From: Candidatus Spongiisociaceae bacterium | Lineage (GTDB): Bacteria > Actinomycetota > Acidimicrobiia > Spongiisociales > Spongiisociaceae | Direction: 5' to 3' | NCBI GenBank assembly: GCA_965202665.1 | Contig: OZ241841.1 | Span: forward strand, 1,344,001-1,408,000 | DNA length: 64,000 bases | In this document: positions 10,115 to 19,893 of the stretch, one piece after another | Numbering within the stretch: the first letter of the stretch is position 1 | Layout: each line of letters opens with the position of its first letter | Program-made: the position numbers and the translations under genes | Notes under the pieces: generated by a model | What the model saw: only the letters and a program-made list of their open reading frames with translations | Told to the model about the DNA's origin: nothing | Databases searched by the model: none

Positions 10115-10406
10115 TATCCTCCTCGTCCTCTTGCGGATGGACCCGGCGCCTGTACCAGAACAACCACCCCAAGGCCAAAAATAATCCCCCGGCGATGGCG
10201 TAAGCGCCGATGTCCCCCACCCCGATCGCCAACAGACGGAACAGGGCCGCCGACAGAAACACCACCGCCGCGGCCAGCAAGGCGACCACCCCCAAGCCGA
10301 GGGCGACGAAAGTTATCCCGCGCGCTGGTTGGTCCACCGCCATCCGCCGCAACCCGGCCACCAACCTTTCCAACAGGTCAACGTACCAGGCCGATGAGAT
10401 TTTCAT
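10107..10406 (-). CDS. Small two-TM membrane protein
   Basis: Two hydrophobic segments; overlaps the trxB start. Confidence 0.6.
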   Translation of the reverse strand: MKISSAWYVDLLERLVAGLRRMAVDQPARGITFVALGLGVVALLAAAVVFLSAALFRLLAIGVGDIGAYAIAGGLFLALGWLFWYRRRVHPQEDEEDND

Positions 10407-10467
10407 CCTCCCAGCTTACCCGCCCCGGACCGCTATCCGGCGAATGTCCGGCCGGGGCCCGTCGCCC

Positions 10468-11532
10468 TCACCCTTCGGTTTCTTGTTCGGTTATGAAGAG
10501 AGCCCGACATTCGTCGTCCGCTTCGTCCTCACCGGCGGTTCCCGCTAAGCCGCCGGGCGGCGTGAAAGCAATCAGCAAATAGCGGGGCCCGCCCTCCCAT
10601 AGGGGTTCCTCCGTTTCCAAGTGGTAGACCTCGTACCAAAATTCCCCAATCCAGGCCCGTCCGGCGAACGCCACCGTCGCCCGCCCTCCGTCCGTATTGT
10701 CGGCGAAACCATCCCAGCAGGCCAGCCCGGCGCGGTCGGCGTATTCCGCCATTTCCGGGTAGGACATGGGGAAAAGGTCCGGTTGCCCGGCGGCGAGGGC
10801 CTTGGTCCGTTCCGCCAACTCCCGATCGCTTTCCCATGTTCCTTCGTCGGTTCCCCAGAGACGGGGCAAATCATCAAGCGCGACATCCGACATCGGGGCG
10901 TCCTCCGTTCGTGATTGTTCGGTGGATAAGGAGGCGGTTTCGTCGGCGGCGGTAGAGGCGGGCGAGGGGAGCGGGTCGGATTCCGCCATTTGATCCTCGG
11001 CCGCCGCCCCTGCGTCCGCAGTCGCGCTTTCGGGTTCGGCGGCGGCGAGCGGGGCTTCTTCGGACACCGGCTCTTCTGCGAACGCGGTCATAGTCGTAGG
11101 GGGGACGGTGGGGGCGGCGGTAGTGGCGGCGGCTGTCAACTCCGTCCGCTGATTGGCCGTGTCTCCCAGGTCGCGCAAGTTGATCGCCACCGCTACCGCC
11201 AAAGCCAGCGAGGCGGCGGCCGCCGCGGCCGGCCAGGCGCGCATCAACCGGAATCGCCTCCGGGCCGGGGGCGCGGGGGCGGCGGACTCTTCGGCGGCCG
11301 CCCTGTGCGCCGCCCGGCGTAGGTCCCGCCGCTCTTCGGGGGTCAGTTGCGGGGCGGGGAGGGAAGACAAAGCCCGGCGCACCGCCCTTTGCTCTTCCAC
11401 TTCCGCCTGTTGCTCCGCCCCCAGGCGCGCCTCATCCGGCCCTCCAGCGGGTTGGGAGGCCAAGTCGGCCAGGCGCTCTTCTGCCAGGGGCTCTGGGGCC
11501 AGGCCCTCCGGGGAGTTGGGCTGATCAGTCAT
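10468..11532 (-). CDS. Probable membrane-anchored anti-sigma factor
   Basis: Overlaps the ECF sigma stop; single TM (WPAAAAAASLALAVAVAI) followed by a low-complexity extracytoplasmic region. Confidence 0.6.
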   Translation of the reverse strand: MTDQPNSPEGLAPEPLAEERLADLASQPAGGPDEARLGAEQQAEVEEQRAVRRALSSLPAPQLTPEERRDLRRAAHRAAAEESAAPAPPARRRFRLMRAWPAAAAAASLALAVAVAINLRDLGDTANQRTELTAAATTAAPTVPPTTMTAFAEEPVSEEAPLAAAEPESATADAGAAAEDQMAESDPLPSPASTAADETASLSTEQSRTEDAPMSDVALDDLPRLWGTDEGTWESDRELAERTKALAAGQPDLFPMSYPEMAEYADRAGLACWDGFADNTDGGRATVAFAGRAWIGEFWYEVYHLETEEPLWEGGPRYLLIAFTPPGGLAGTAGEDEADDECRALFITEQETEG

Positions 11533-12106
11533 TTTCTTCATCCTTTTGACGACCGGGAACGCCCAAAAGGTTCTGTAAAGCATGGGCGAGTTGCTTGCGG
11601 CCTCGGAACAGGCGGGATTTGACGGTTCCCAGAGGCAGTTCCAACGATTCGGCCACCGTGCGCAACGGCAGGTCCTGCAAGTCGCTGAGAACCACCACCG
11701 CCGCGTACTCGGCGGGCATTTCGGCCAGGGCCCGCTCGATGGCGGGGCGCGTCTCCGCCGCCTCCAGTTCCCAGAGGGCGGACGGATCGGCGGGTTGGTA
11801 GGTTTCAGGCAGGCGCGCGGCGGGTTGCCGTCCCTCCCTGCGCAAAACGTCGTAGCAGGAGTTGACCGCGATCCGGTACAGCCAGGTGGTGAAGGCGGAA
11901 CGGCCCTGGAAGGAGCCCGCTTTGCGCAACACGGCTATGAAGGTTTCCTGGGAGGCTTCCAAGGCTTTGTCGCGGTCGCCCAGGATGCGCAGGCAGACCG
12001 CGAACACCTTTCCCTCGTGGGCGGTCATCAGACGGTCGAAAGATTCCAAGTCCCCGGCTATGTAACGGGCCAGCAATTCTGCGTCCGTGTCGGGACGGGC
12101 GGTCAC
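11525..12106 (-). CDS. ECF RNA polymerase sigma factor (SigM-like)
   Basis: FQGRSAFTTWLYRIAVN (region 2), LPLGTVKSRLFRGR (region 4); GTGA overlap with the upstream gene. Confidence 0.9.
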   Translation of the reverse strand: MTARPDTDAELLARYIAGDLESFDRLMTAHEGKVFAVCLRILGDRDKALEASQETFIAVLRKAGSFQGRSAFTTWLYRIAVNSCYDVLRREGRQPAARLPETYQPADPSALWELEAAETRPAIERALAEMPAEYAAVVVLSDLQDLPLRTVAESLELPLGTVKSRLFRGRKQLAHALQNLLGVPGRQKDEEND

Positions 12107-13452
12107 GACCGGAACCTTACTTCGGCCAGTTGCGTCTGATATCCCTGCTCGGTTATCGGCAACTCGATGAGCCACAGCAACCACACTCCGTCCGGGCGGG
12201 AGGGAAGTTGGATTACCGCGTCCTCCGGAAACGACCGTCCTCCCGCCACCGGCTCCCATTGGCGGGGGTTTTCCGCAAGGCGCGGCGACCATAGGATTTG
12301 AAAGGCCGTCCCTTCCGACATTCCCACCAGCTCCATAAGTTTCGGCGCCCCCGTGACTTCAAAGGCCACGCCCACCCCGTCTTTGAGCAGGGGCAACGGG
12401 TCGTAGTAGCGTTCGGTTCGCCACGATGTGGCCGGATCATTATCCACCAAGGCCCCCACCCGGGACGAGTTTTCGGATCCGTCGCCCAGCGGATCGTATA
12501 TGAGGGCTTGGCGCATCTCCACCGGGGGGGACTGCGTGGGAACGGGGGGAGGGGGGGAGGCGGCGGGGACGGGGGCGGTCGCCGGGGGAGACTCCGGGGC
12601 GGCGGACGGCGATTCGGATCCGACCGCCGGCGGTTCCCAAAGCGGGGCGACCGTTTCGGGGAGGACGGGAAGATCGGATTCGGGTTGCAGGAGCGACCCC
12701 AGGTAGAGGAAAAGGGCGGCGGCGGCCCCTAGGACGAGGGCCGGCATCAGCCATCTCCATGACCGGGGGGCCTCGGGCCACCGGGGCGGGGCGTAGGGGA
12801 TGGAACGGATCAGTTCGGCCAAGCGGGGGGCGTTGATCCGCCCCTGTTGCGCCTGGCGCAGGGCTTCGTCCACCGTGGGGGGAAGGGCGTCGATGACTTG
12901 CGAGGGGGCCAACTCCCCGGCGGGCCGGCCGGTGAGGGCGGTTTCCAGGGCGGCCCCCAAAGCCTGCACGTCGGACGAGGCGGACCAGGTCAGGGAGCTG
13001 CGTCCGAAGGAGCCCAGTTTGGCCGGGTGGCCCCCGGCGTATCCCACCGCCGCCGCGTCGATGGCCCCGTGCACGATCCCCTGTTCGTGCAGGGCGGCCA
13101 AACCGTCGGCCAGCCCGGCCGCGTTGGACAGGAACTCGGGGATGGAAGGGGTTTCCCCGGCCGCAATGCGGTTGGCCAAGGTGATGCCCCCGGTCCATTC
13201 CGTTATGGAGTAGGCCGAACCCTCCGCCGACTCCGCCCCGTACACTTCGGCCAAGTGGATGTGGCCGACCCGGGCCGCGCTGCGAACCTTGCCCAAGAAA
13301 CGTTCCTGCCGGTAGGGTTCGGCTTCCGGCCCCACCACCCGCACCAGCACCGGCCGGTCCAGGGTGAGGTCGGTGGCCAGCCACTCTTCGACATCCTGGT
13401 CGCGTCCCAGGCGCATCTCCAGTCGGTAACGGGCGGGCAACGGCGGCGGCAT
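12103..13452 (-). CDS. Degenerate Ser/Thr kinase-like protein with TM and extracellular beta domain
   Basis: RYRLEMRLG, DLTLDRPV, LHEQGIVHGAI (HRD lost), KLGSFG (DFG lost), SDVQALG; TM; C-terminal DNDPATSWRTE. Confidence 0.7.
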   Translation of the reverse strand: MPPPLPARYRLEMRLGRDQDVEEWLATDLTLDRPVLVRVVGPEAEPYRQERFLGKVRSAARVGHIHLAEVYGAESAEGSAYSITEWTGGITLANRIAAGETPSIPEFLSNAAGLADGLAALHEQGIVHGAIDAAAVGYAGGHPAKLGSFGRSSLTWSASSDVQALGAALETALTGRPAGELAPSQVIDALPPTVDEALRQAQQGRINAPRLAELIRSIPYAPPRWPEAPRSWRWLMPALVLGAAAALFLYLGSLLQPESDLPVLPETVAPLWEPPAVGSESPSAAPESPPATAPVPAASPPPPVPTQSPPVEMRQALIYDPLGDGSENSSRVGALVDNDPATSWRTERYYDPLPLLKDGVGVAFEVTGAPKLMELVGMSEGTAFQILWSPRLAENPRQWEPVAGGRSFPEDAVIQLPSRPDGVWLLWLIELPITEQGYQTQLAEVRFRS

Positions 13453-13657
13453 ACCCCACTACGCTAGACCCCCCAGCCCCAAACCCGGTCCGCAATCCAA
13501 AGATGGCGGAAGATTCTGAGGGGGATGTCAGGGGCGGGAAATGATCTGCGGCGGGCTCGGTTGAGTTTGAAAGGGGCCTTGTCATCGGTTCGTTGCCGGG
13601 CGGCGGGCGGGGATTCGGGAATCACCGGGGTTCTTGGGCGGGGCGGTTAGCCTGGGA

Positions 13658-14260
13658 ATGATGTTTGGAAATACCTCGGACCGCGTTGCCCGGCCGGGTT
13701 GGAGGCGGGCGGTCGTCGCCGTTGCGCTGTTGTTGGCGGTTTCCGCTTGCAATCGGGGCGATGACGAGGCGGCGACCACCACCGCGGCCGCCCCGTCCGC
13801 CACCGTCGCCGTCGCCGATGATTCCGCCTTGGATGCGGAGGAGGACGCGGTGGTCACCGTTGCCGAAGAGGAGGCCGCCGGCGGTGAATCGGAGGGCGGG
13901 ACTACTTCTACCTCCGCCGCGCCGGCCGGGGAAGACGACGGCGGGGGAGTGGAGGTGATCATTCCCCCCTATCAGGTGGTGAGCGAAGGCGAACCTTTGG
14001 TGGCGGTGGTGCAACCCGGTTCGTACAGCCCGGTGGCGTTGGAAAACCTGGTGTACGACATCGTGGAAAAATACTCCCCCTCCGCGGCGGTGGTGGTGGA
14101 CGACGCGGCGGCCGCCGAGCTGGCCGGCGCCGGGGAGGAGTTGGACGAGGTGCAACAGTCGCAGTTGCGGGCCCGCACCCTGTTGCGCATAGAAAGCGGC
14201 GTGCAAGTCACCTTCTACGGGCCTTACGCCGACCTGCCGGGAATCACCGTCGGCTCCTAA
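13658..14260 (+). CDS. Hypothetical lipoprotein
   Basis: Signal peptide ending LAVSAC; acidic linker. Confidence 0.6.
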   Translation: MMFGNTSDRVARPGWRRAVVAVALLLAVSACNRGDDEAATTTAAAPSATVAVADDSALDAEEDAVVTVAEEEAAGGESEGGTTSTSAAPAGEDDGGGVEVIIPPYQVVSEGEPLVAVVQPGSYSPVALENLVYDIVEKYSPSAAVVVDDAAAAELAGAGEELDEVQQSQLRARTLLRIESGVQVTFYGPYADLPGITVGS

Positions 14261-14278
14261 ACCGCCCGCCCCGTCCGG

Positions 14279-15658
14279 TTACAGGAGCAGGGAGGCGACC
14301 AGCAGGAAACCGCCGAAACCAACCACATCGGTTATCAGCGTCAGGAAAATGTTGGAAGCCAGGGCCGGGTCGAAACCGAGGCGGCGCAACAGCAACGGGA
14401 TGCCCGTTCCGGCCAGCACTCCGATGGTCAGGTTGGCCACCGTGGCCAAACCCATCGTCAGACCGAAGAGGAGGTTGCCGCCCAGTACCAGTCCGATGAT
14501 CATGGAAAGCAACCCGATGGGGACCGCGTTGGAGGCCCCTATGGCCACCTGCCGAACCACCACCCCGGCCACCCGGCTGGGGGCCACGTCGTTGGTGGCC
14601 AAACCGCGGATGACCACCGCCAGGCTTTGCGCCCCGGCGTTGCCGCCCACTAAGGCCACCATCGGCATCAGAGCCGCCAGGATGGGGCCCACGCTGTCAA
14701 TCACCCCCGACTGCCGTTCGATCACCAGGGCCACGAACAGGGCCATCACCAAATTCACCACCATCCAGGGCAGGCGCATCATCACCGAGCGGAGGATGGG
14801 GGTGAACACCGTTTCCTCCGGTCCGGCCCCCATGGCGGCCGCGAAGTCTTCGGTGGCCTCCGCCTGCACCGCCTCCACTACCGCCTCATGGGTGACCATT
14901 CCGATCAGCACCCCGGCGTGATCCACCACCGGCAACCCGAACAGGCCGTAACGGGTGGCCAGCTCCGCCACCTCTTCCCGGTCGGTGTCGGGGCGGACGG
15001 TGACCGGGCGGCGGGTCATAGTGTCGTCCAAGGCCACCCCCGGGCGGGCGAACACCAGATCCCGAAAAGAAACCACTCCCAGCAGATGACGTCGATGATC
15101 CACCACGTACACGTAGGACAGGTCCTCGATTTGGTCGTGCAACTGGCGCAACCGTTCTATGGCTTCCCCGGCGGTAATGCCGGAGGAGAGCACCGCCAAG
15201 TCGGTGATCATCAGGCCGCCCGCCGAGTCGGGGGCGTGCGAGAGCAAAGCCGCCAGTTCGCGGGCCACCTCCGCCTCCAGCCGGCCCAACAGGCTTTCCC
15301 GCCGTTCCGGGCCCAACTCGCCCAGCAGGTCGGCCGCCATGTCGGCGTCCATGGTTCCGATTATTTCCGCCGCCCGTTCCTCCTCCACCCCGTCCAGCAG
15401 GCCCGCTCCCCGCTCGGCCCGCATTTCGTCCAACAACCCGGCGGCTACTTCGCGGTCCAAATCGTCCAGCAGGACGGTGGCCGACTCCGTGTCCAACTCT
15501 TCCAGGATGTCGGCGGCGTCGTGCGGGTCGGCGGCCGCCAACGCCCGCCACTGCTCCGGATGGGAATGAAGGTATTCCCCCACCGAGCCCGGTTCCACCC
15601 GGGCCGCCCCCCGCAGTCGTTGGGCGAACTCGCGCGGGCGCAACAGGCGCATCCTCAC
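14279..15658 (-). CDS. mgtE: Magnesium transporter MgtE
   Basis: SAGGLM, CBS pair, RLPW, GGNAGAQ, DPALAS, TDVVG. Confidence 0.93.
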   Translation of the reverse strand: MRMRLLRPREFAQRLRGAARVEPGSVGEYLHSHPEQWRALAAADPHDAADILEELDTESATVLLDDLDREVAAGLLDEMRAERGAGLLDGVEEERAAEIIGTMDADMAADLLGELGPERRESLLGRLEAEVARELAALLSHAPDSAGGLMITDLAVLSSGITAGEAIERLRQLHDQIEDLSYVYVVDHRRHLLGVVSFRDLVFARPGVALDDTMTRRPVTVRPDTDREEVAELATRYGLFGLPVVDHAGVLIGMVTHEAVVEAVQAEATEDFAAAMGAGPEETVFTPILRSVMMRLPWMVVNLVMALFVALVIERQSGVIDSVGPILAALMPMVALVGGNAGAQSLAVVIRGLATNDVAPSRVAGVVVRQVAIGASNAVPIGLLSMIIGLVLGGNLLFGLTMGLATVANLTIGVLAGTGIPLLLRRLGFDPALASNIFLTLITDVVGFGGFLLVASLLL

Positions 15659-15671
15659 TGTCCGCCCCCGG

Positions 15672-16214
15672 TCAGCCCTCGTAGGGCCGAACCCCCAGCA
15701 CCCGGAAGGTGAAAGTCCCCCCCGGCGCCTGGTAGGACACGTCTTCCCCCTCCGCCGCCCCCAGCAGGGCCTGGCCGAGCGGCCCGGAAGGGGAGACCCG
15801 CCGACAACCTTCCGCCTGGTTTTCCAGGGAAGCCAGGAAATAGTCTTCGATCTCCCCGTCGGCGTCCCGCAAAGTGACGATGCTCCCTTCCCGCACTTTG
15901 CCGTCGTCGGATTCCTCCTGGATTTTGAAAGGGAGGTCGGCGTAGACCACCGGCCCCTCCCGCGTTTCGTCGTCGGGGCTTCCCTCCACTACCGCGTTGT
16001 CCAGCAGATGGCGCAGTTTGCGGATGCGGGCTTCCATAAGCCCCTGCTCGGTTTTGGCTGCGTCGTAGTCGGCGTTTTCCCGCAGGTCGCCATGGGCGCG
16101 GGCTTCGGCCAGCCGGGCCGCGATCCGTTTGCGGCCTTCGGTGGTCAAATGGTCGTGTTCCTCCTGCGTTTTGCGGTAGGCGTCGAGCGTGAGCCAGGTG
16201 GCGTTGTCGGACAT
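15672..16214 (-). CDS. greA: Transcription elongation factor GreA
   Basis: ARAHGDLRENADYDAAK, SPSGPLGQALLG. Confidence 0.93.
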   Translation of the reverse strand: MSDNATWLTLDAYRKTQEEHDHLTTEGRKRIAARLAEARAHGDLRENADYDAAKTEQGLMEARIRKLRHLLDNAVVEGSPDDETREGPVVYADLPFKIQEESDDGKVREGSIVTLRDADGEIEDYFLASLENQAEGCRRVSPSGPLGQALLGAAEGEDVSYQAPGGTFTFRVLGVRPYEG

Positions 16215-16330
16215 GACTCCCAGGTTACCGGTTTGCGCTCCGACTTTTAAGCCGGAGCGGGCCGGGAGGGGACGGCTTTCCGCTCCGGCGTGGCAAACTT
16301 GGGGGCGGACGGGGGGAGAAAGGAGATCCG

Positions 16331-17365
16331 ATGTCGGAGATTCGCCTCACATCGTTTTCCCACGGCGCAGGCTGAGGGTGCAAGCTCGGCCCCGACGAGC
16401 TGGCGCAGGTCCTGCGTCCACTGACATCCCATCCTTCTTTTTCCCATCCCGACTTGGCGCTGGGGGTGGCGGCCGCCGACGACGCCGGGGTTTACCGGCT
16501 GGGGGACGGGCGGGCTTTGGCGCAGACGGTGGATTTTTTCACCCCCATCGTGGATGAGCCCTACGACTGGGGCCGGGCGGCGGCCGCCAACTCCCTGTCC
16601 GATGTGTACGCCATGGGGGGGCGCCCCCTGACGGCTTTGCAACTGGCGGGTTGGCCCCGCGGCGACATACCCTGGGAGATGCTGGAGGAAACGATGGCCG
16701 GCGGAGCGGATGTGATGGCGGAGGCGGGGACCACCGTGCTGGGAGGCCATTCCATCGACACCCCCACCCCGCTGTACGGGTTTGCGGTCACCGGACTGGT
16801 GGATCCGGAGCGGATGACCGCCAAACGGGGGGCGCGGCCCGGCGACTCCATAGTCCTCACCAAGCCGCTGGGGATGGGCGTGGCGGCCACCGCCATCCGG
16901 CTGGGGACGGCGACGGAGGCTTTGCGGGCGGCGGCGGTGGAGACAATGGCCTCCCTCAACGGCCCGGCGGCGCAGGCGATGATCGCCGCCGGGGTCAAAT
17001 GCGCCACCGACGTGACCGGGTTCGGACTGCTGGGCCACTTGCGGGAAATCATTCTGGCCTCCGGGGTGGGGGCCCGCATCAGGGCGGAGTCGGCGCCGGT
17101 GCTGGACGGGATCGCCGAGCTGGTGGAGGAAGGGGTGTATCCGGGGGGCAGCGAACGCAACCTGGCTTCGGTGCGGGGAATGCTGTCGGGGCGGGCGGGG
17201 GAGACGCAGGTGCGGATTCTGGCTGACGCCCAAACCAGCGGCGGGTTGCTGATGGCCGTCCCCCCCGGACGGCTGGGCGGTCTGATGGAACGGTTGGCGG
17301 AGGCCGCTCCGCAGGCGGCGGTGATCGGGGAGTTCACGGACGGGCCGGGGATGGAGGTGATGTGA
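16331..17365 (+). CDS. selD: Selenophosphate synthetase, selenocysteine form (in-frame TGA 16373-16375)
   Basis: AGGAG SD plus ATG 16331 reads [21 protein letters not shown], in frame with [34 protein letters not shown]. Confidence 0.93.
16401..16420 (+). promoter_or_regulatory. Candidate bacterial SECIS hairpin
   Basis: TGG-CGCAG-GTC-CTGCG-T-CCA stem-loop about 30 nt downstream of the UGA; resembles the GCAGGUCUGC apical part of the fdhF SECIS. Confidence 0.55.
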
Positions 17366-17820
17366 GCGGACGCGACGCCCGCCTGCGGGCCATCGCCGGG
17401 GCCCTGTCCATCGGCGGCCTGCGGCGGCATATTTTTCTGTGCGCCGAACAGTCCAATCCCCGTTGCGCCCCCTACGAGGAGGGAGCGGAGGCTTGGCGGA
17501 GTTTGAAAGCGGCGGCCAAGCGGTCGGGGCTGGCTTCGGCCCCCCCGGGTTGGCGGGGCGACGGCGGGGAGGGGCCGGGGCGGTTCGCGCCCGGGTCGGG
17601 GACGATTCTGCGCACCAAAGTGGACTGCCTTCGGGTATGCGAGCAGGGTCCGATTGCGGTGGTTTATCCGGACGGCGTCTGGTACCGCTCCGTATCCGGG
17701 GAGGTTTTGGAACGGATAATCAACGAGCACCTGATAGGAGGCGTTCCGGTAGCCGAATACGTTTTCGCCGCCGACCCCCTGTCCCCGCCATCCGAAGAAC
17801 GGGCGCGGCGAAAATCATGA
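17362..17820 (+). CDS. Thioredoxin-like [2Fe-2S] ferredoxin
   Basis: HIFLC...C...[20 protein letters not shown]. Confidence 0.85.
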   Translation: MSGRDARLRAIAGALSIGGLRRHIFLCAEQSNPRCAPYEEGAEAWRSLKAAAKRSGLASAPPGWRGDGGEGPGRFAPGSGTILRTKVDCLRVCEQGPIAVVYPDGVWYRSVSGEVLERIINEHLIGGVPVAEYVFAADPLSPPSEERARRKS

Positions 17821-19223
17821 CCCCGGCGGGGCGCGCCCTGTCCGCGCTGTCGGCCCTGGTTTTGGCCGGGGCGGCCTGCGCCGTTTCCCCCCCGGAGCGG
17901 CAACCGTTGCCCGTACCCACCGGGGTGGCCCCCGACTATATCAACCCCACCGACCCGGAGGCCCTGTTCGCCGGACGCGGGGAATGCCTGTTGGCGGTGG
18001 GGACGGGGGTGAAAGTCCTGCAAGTGTTGCCCGACACGGACGCCGCGCGGTCGTTGCGGGCGGGGGATGTGCTGACCAGCGTAAACGGAGTTCCGGTGGG
18101 ATCGCTGGAAAGCCTGCTGGCGGTCACCGCCGAACTGCGGGTGGGGGATGCGGCGGAAGTGGAGGGAACGCGGAGCGGGGAGCGGTTCGATGCGGACATC
18201 ACCCTCGGTCCCGCTCCCGAAAACCCGGCCCGTCCCATCCTCGGGTTCATCCCGGAGACGAAAATCACGGCCCTTTCCCCCTCCGGCGTAAGGCCGATGG
18301 AGCAGTCCGGCGGCGGGGGGGCCGGGGAGCTTTACAGCCGCCCGGTCAACCTGGGCGGACGGCTTCTCCGTTTCAACCCTTTGGATTCGTCTTGGAGGCA
18401 GTACGCCGGCATCCCCACTTCCCGGATGGCGGGGCTGGGGGCGGATCTGTACACGTTGGCCGCCTCCGATCACCCGCGGGCGCTGTTGCGGATGGGCGAA
18501 CGGGAAGTGATCGCCTTTGAGCAACCCACGGACTTGCCCGGGCTGGCCCCGGACTGGGGGGAGATCGTTTTTGAGGCGGTCCTCGGCTCGGTGGGGGAAC
18601 TGTTGCTGGTTTCCGCTTGGACGGAACGTTCCCCGGCCGACGACTCCCCGCCCGCCGACGAGCCGCCGGGGGAGGCGGGGCGGACCTACTTGGTCGCCGG
18701 GGCGGACCCGGCGGAGGCGAAGATTGTTTGGATCTGGCCGTTGCCCCTTTCCCCCCAAGGCTATCCGTGGGCGGCGGCGGCCGGTTTCCGCAGCCCCTCC
18801 GGGGGGATGGTCTTAGTGGGGATGGCGGAGGAGGATCCGGTTCTCGCCGCCCGCACCGCGGTGCTCACCTACGCGGTGTTGGACGAAACGGGAAGTGTCA
18901 TCCCCCGTCCCGGATTGGAAAATTTGGCTTCGGCGGGGGTGGTTACCGGCTGGTACGACGATAATTCCCTGTTGTACATCGAACCGGCTACGGCGCCGCG
19001 CGTGGCCTCTTGGACCTTTGATTCCGGAGAACACCAGTTGTTGCTTACGGTGGGGGAGGAGGAGGCCCGCGATCTGCGCCTGGTTACCCCGGTGGGCGAC
19101 GGCCGCCATCTGTTGCAAATTAATGAAAGCGGGGTGACGTTGCTGGACGGGGAGGGCCGGACGGCGGTGCGGCCGGTCGCCCGCGGTTGCTCATATGCGC
19201 CGATCGGCGGTTTAGCCGGGTAA
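17817..19223 (+). CDS. PDZ-domain lipoprotein
   Basis: ATGA overlap; lipobox LAGAAC; PDZ motif [22 protein letters not shown]. Confidence 0.7.
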   Translation: MTPAGRALSALSALVLAGAACAVSPPERQPLPVPTGVAPDYINPTDPEALFAGRGECLLAVGTGVKVLQVLPDTDAARSLRAGDVLTSVNGVPVGSLESLLAVTAELRVGDAAEVEGTRSGERFDADITLGPAPENPARPILGFIPETKITALSPSGVRPMEQSGGGGAGELYSRPVNLGGRLLRFNPLDSSWRQYAGIPTSRMAGLGADLYTLAASDHPRALLRMGEREVIAFEQPTDLPGLAPDWGEIVFEAVLGSVGELLLVSAWTERSPADDSPPADEPPGEAGRTYLVAGADPAEAKIVWIWPLPLSPQGYPWAAAAGFRSPSGGMVLVGMAEEDPVLAARTAVLTYAVLDETGSVIPRPGLENLASAGVVTGWYDDNSLLYIEPATAPRVASWTFDSGEHQLLLTVGEEEARDLRLVTPVGDGRHLLQINESGVTLLDGEGRTAVRPVARGCSYAPIGGLAG

Positions 19224-19273
19224 TCTGCGACGGGCGTGTATGATACCGGCACGACTAACAAGGAGGTAGAGGC

Positions 19274-19858
19274 ATGACCTCTGATATGAACCCCTATCCG
19301 GTTCGGTACGATGTGGAGTATCCGGAGGGCAAGCGCAACCGGTTGACCACCCTTTTCCGGATTATTCTGGTCATTCCGGCGTTGGTGATTGCGGCGTTGG
19401 TGACAGCGGCGGCGGGCGCCCTGACTTTAGCCACTGCCCTGATGATACTGTTCCGCCGCAAGTATCCGCGCGCCTGGTTCGACTGGCAGGTGGAGATGAC
19501 CCGGCTGAGCGCCCGGGTGGCGGCCTACGCCGGTTATCTGCGGGATGAGTATCCGGCCACCGACGACCAGCAAGCGGTTACGCTGGACTTTGACTACCCG
19601 GACGCCGGCGTCGACTTGATGCGGGGAATGCCGCTGATCAAATGGTTGCTGGCCATCCCCCACTATGTGGTTTTGGCAGTTTTGGTGGTTGCGCAGTTCG
19701 TGGTCAGCGTCATCGCCTGGCTGGTCATCATCTTTGCCGGGTTTTACCCGCGGGGAATGTTCAATTTCGCGGTGGGAGTCAATCGGTGGTCGGAGCGGGT
19801 CAACGCCTATGCGGCATTGCTGACCACTGACCGCTATCCGCCGTTCAGCCTCAAATAA
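19274..19858 (+). CDS. DUF4389-family membrane protein
   Basis: AGGAGG SD; repeated KYPR/FYPR...RV.AY...DEYP/DRYPPF motifs. Confidence 0.8.
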   Translation: MTSDMNPYPVRYDVEYPEGKRNRLTTLFRIILVIPALVIAALVTAAAGALTLATALMILFRRKYPRAWFDWQVEMTRLSARVAAYAGYLRDEYPATDDQQAVTLDFDYPDAGVDLMRGMPLIKWLLAIPHYVVLAVLVVAQFVVSVIAWLVIIFAGFYPRGMFNFAVGVNRWSERVNAYAALLTTDRYPPFSLK

Positions 19859-19893
19859 TCCCCTAACCCCCCGCTGGGCGGCCGGGCCCGCGC

